A stretch of DNA of 64,000 nt from contig NC_092671.1 in NCBI RefSeq assembly GCF_964355755.1, positions 12,772,001-12,836,000 of the forward strand, given 5' to 3'. A program made the position numbers and the translations under genes. Under the pieces are notes generated by a model. It did no database searches. It was not told where the DNA came from and was given only the letters and a program-made list of their open reading frames with translations. This document shows positions 59,985-64,000 of this stretch, in pieces; position 1 is the stretch's first letter, and every line of letters starts with the position of its first letter. The stretch is from Antedon mediterranea (Eukaryota; Animalia; Echinodermata).

Positions 59985-62900
59985 TATCAATAATGATAAC
60001 CCAATTCATACTAATTAAGGTTGGTGTCATTTTTAGGTTAATTTGAGGAATGCTGGTTCTTTTTCGTTCCTGAGAATGTCGACTCACAGCTGCAGTACTG
60101 TCATGTATTTGTACATCAAATACTACAAAGATTAAAATATGCATGATAAACAATTTTGTTTGATCTCAATTATAAGGTAAGAATGTTTAAATAATAATTA
60201 TCAATATAAAACATATAATAAATCAATGGGAAATTTAAATTGCTTTAAAAATGACAATGCATGGGTATTAGTGACTGAATTTCAATGGAGATAATACTGT
60301 ACATATAAAATAAGCAAATAATGAATTTAAAAAAAACAGCCAGAAAGAAATTGCAGAGCTTTTAGGTAACAATAACGTTGTAAATATGTAGTAGTCAATA
60401 TTTAAATGTAAATAAATATTTCAAAATACTAAATTACAGCACAAAAGTTCATCAAATATTAATTGGATTTAGAATAAAACAAAATAAATAATTAAATATT
60501 TCTTTCTTTTCTCATTTTAGCCTGAAAAGTTGTCTGCACATTGACTTTGGGAGAATAATCGTTTCATCAGTTGTAAATTAGATGCTGTTCATACTATCCT
60601 CAAGAAGTGCGATTGTTGGGGTTGTCCCTTATATTTGCTTTAAATATATTGTTGATCTTTTAATATTTAGGAGACTCTTTATTCTTGCAATATTCATATT
60701 AAACATTTTGATATTTTAACATCCAATAATAACTGTAAAGATAATCTATTTTAATTGTTGGATAACAAAAGCTTTTATTGAAAGATTTTCTATAAAAAAA
60801 ATTGCAATAAATGTAAATAGTTATAATAGAATAAGTGTGTGTCTTATTAACTTCAGAGGTCAGACAAACAAAATACTTCATTTGTAAATTAGACATCACA
60901 TCTACAAACATGGAGATGGTAAACACGCAAAAATTGACTACCAACCATCAATTATTTCTTTAATTTGAAAAAAAAGAATAAACTTGGGACATAATCATCA
61001 CGAAATGCTATAGTAACAAATCTGTTCTCAACCTAAACTATTTCAACACCACCTATATTAAGTAACCTGTACATCAGAAGTATTTTATTTACAATTGTTA
61101 ATGTTGTCGATTGTGTACATATCAGCGTGTATTATGAATTCCTGTTGTTTCGTACTATCTACATAATATTGGCGAAACAGAGGCACCTAGGTCAACTCCC
61201 TGTTTGAGTGCGTACGTGTCATACCTATTTCAAACTATGACAGACAGATGAGATGATGAAGAATTATTTCTGTTTTATTATTTTGGGTGGTAGATATATA
61301 GAAAATAAACGATTAAATGTCAAAAACTGATTATTTATATGTAATTTTTAGCTACAGCATAAAATGATGATCTTTGTTATTGGTAATATTCACATTCAAA
61401 ACAAATTCAGTCACAGAATAACCAATTATAATTATTTTCAGTTTTTGAGTAAAAACACATGCATAAGGATTTTCAAACCTTTGTGCATTAAATTAAAACA
61501 TCTGCACAAAGTAAAACTATTAAGTAAACGTACCAATCTGATTTCAATTTGTATGTTATTGTAGTGCAAGCTGAACTGGTTTTATGTATCTACACCAGCG
61601 CGTGTGCCATGTCAATTTCAATTAAAATGACAAGACGTAGGAATTTCTAACAAAAAACTCTGCAAGACTGAATGTGTGAAAAGGATGTACATCTTTGGCA
61701 TAGCAGTATTTAATCTCAGGGGAAGCTTTTATTTTAAAATATGTATTCATGTTAAAAAGCACATGTTCATCGAAAGTCCTTCTAAAAATGCTACATCCAA
61801 CTGAGATTTTGATCCAACTATGAATCTACAGCACTATATTGATACTGTGAGAAAAAAACTACTAATAAAAAACAATCATTATTGTTATCATTATAAATAA
61901 TAATTGTCTTTTAACATACCAATCAAAATCAAAAACTTGGTAAAAAGTTAACTAGACAGTTTGTTATTCTTTATACAAACAGTATCTTCAGAAGAATAAA
62001 TAGCTGTAATTAAACAGATAAATATTTACAATAAAAATGAATACTAATGATAAAATTTCCAATGTAAATAAAAAAATAAAAAATAAAATCTAAAGTTGAT
62101 TGCAAGCAAGCTTTCTGGGAGAGCACAATCAGTCCCTATTATCCTTCCCTCTTCACAATATTATTAATACCTCTCTTGTTTTCAATAAGATAGCATTGAA
62201 ACATTATGGCACTCTCATCTATGGGACAACAAAGAATTATTATTATAAATAAAATAAAAGTCAAATTATGGATACATAATATAGAGATTTATATATACAT
62301 TAATTAAACAAAGTTTCAATAAAGAATGGTATTCTTTTTATAGCATTTAAACACTTGTTTATTTTTTTAAATATGTATTGAATATCATATTTTAGTAGCC
62401 TAAGTAGTCCCTCGAGGTAATAACTGTATTATGCGGCCTATGTGGCATTTCCCCTTTTGATGAAATGATATAACTGGTAGTTTAGGTGGCAGTGCAACAA
62501 GACAAACCAGTGAATATATAGCAATATTTACTTTCAATACAATTTTACTGATTTTCAAAACACACTACATCTTAATTACTATGAAAAAGTTTTAAAAGAA
62601 AATATGATATAATATATATAATAAAAATTAACTTCCATCCTCAGAGAATATTACACAAATACTCATCACACTGGACTTATTATCTACAAACAAGAAACTG
62701 CTAAGACATCCTTGGAATACTATCTATAATTTGTTGCTATCCAGTTTCAACAGCCTCATTCATTCAATAGGCCTTAGATTTAAAATCGTCAATGATAAAA
62801 TAATACTAAAGTCAATAGCCAGAACAGCAAGCTATGCTTTTCCATATATGGGCATGAGAATTGGCAGCAACTCAAAGTTGACGAGCCTCCATGCAACACA

Positions 62901-64000
62901 ATTTGAAATACCAAGGCACCGATATTAATTATTCTACAGCATGTAATTAAAGCCAAAGCTATGATTGCAAATTAACTGCCCTGTCTGCTACTAAGCTTAC
63001 CACCGACACAGTGACAGACTGTGTATGTTGTAAGATTGTGGCGTTGGCTTGTATGTTGATGTAACATGAACCTAGTCTGTATGTGTCCTGTGTGATATTT
63101 TTATCTTCGGTCAAATGTTCGTGTGTATGTTTGTATGTGAATGATATCACTGACATTTAATTTTGCTTTGGAATGTTTAAGTTTAATGTTTAATTATTAT
63201 AGAGAAATTACTTGCATTATTGTATTTAATAAGAAAAATTTAAAATAATAACTTATTTTACCTTAAGTCTAACAAATAAACATTATGTTGTATTGCAGCA
63301 AAAAGTTGCAAAGCTATAACTAGTTACATTCTAACAAAACAAATCTATCAAACAGTTTTGACTGTTATTTTAACAACCATTCAAATGGTCAATTAAAATT
63401 TGTCTCATTTCCGTTTTCAAGAAAATGGAGGTAATTTATTCACACTGAATTTAAGCAGTTTGATCTCGGCAGAAACAAGGCTCTATTTATGATGTACGGT
63501 GTTATGAATGTAATAAAATTCATCAATACATCTTATAAATTAAATACACTCTTTTTTATAGTCTAGACACTCTAATATGCCTAACATAAATCAGACATTT
63601 GGATAATAACTAAGAATGGCCATGTGTTAATCTTCTTCCAACAGAGACACATTTCATGCAGATCCGCCTTCCAAAAAAACCCACAATTTTAACTTAACCG
63701 CATAGGCCCTCAAATTATATTTTAATATTTTACATCTTGGTGTAGGTCATTAACTGTGCATTTAAACATCAGAATAGATTTATATTCCGGTAATGAAATC
63801 AGTAGATAGAATAACACAAATCATAGCTATACTCACTAAAATCGACACCAAAATAAAACTAATTGAGGCTTTAGTTTGTACATTTTTCATATAAAAAAAA
63901 ACAAAAGTAGTTTGTGAATAGAAACTATATTATGAAAAATTATGACAACCTTATTAAAAAAGCATAATTGTGAATAAACAAATATTGAAACATATTTGAA

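Noticed and set aside
62842-62851. Isolated CArG CCATATATGG as a regulatory site
   Set aside because: A single 10-mer in AT-rich DNA with flanks matching MITE A (tccatatatgggca); a remnant or chance match with no promoter context.

Overview
This is AT-rich, intron-rich animal (invertebrate) genomic DNA, not prokaryotic. An echinoderm-like deuterostome host is only a guess from the repeat style. It holds two large plus-strand muscle/cytoskeletal genes in tandem, which I rebuilt exon by exon using splice-phase continuity. (1) About 605/925-15663: a vertebrate-type smooth/non-muscle myosin light chain kinase (MYLK-like, about 2368 aa, 19 exons). It has 9 Ig domains, three DFRxxL actin-binding motifs, Fn3, a CAMK-group kinase, an autoinhibitory/calmodulin-binding segment and a C-terminal telokin-like Ig. 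(2) About 24490-58205: an obscurin/UNC-89-like RhoGEF (about 3689 aa, 28 exons) with two giant disordered exons, 5 Ig, 3 SH3 and DH-PH, but no kinase domain in the window. Introns carry several MITE families, a CR1 LINE fragment, tRNA-derived SINE relics and a GAT-type microsatellite. The most notable signals are a six-copy Harbinger-like MITE carrying perfect CArG (SRF) boxes, a conserved telokin-type intron position, a phase-required GC-AG intron, a sharp CpG-depletion boundary inside gene 2, a 26-bp exact direct repeat bracketing an exon plus a LINE, and strong enrichment of the palindrome TAGGCCTA. All coordinates and counts were read by eye.
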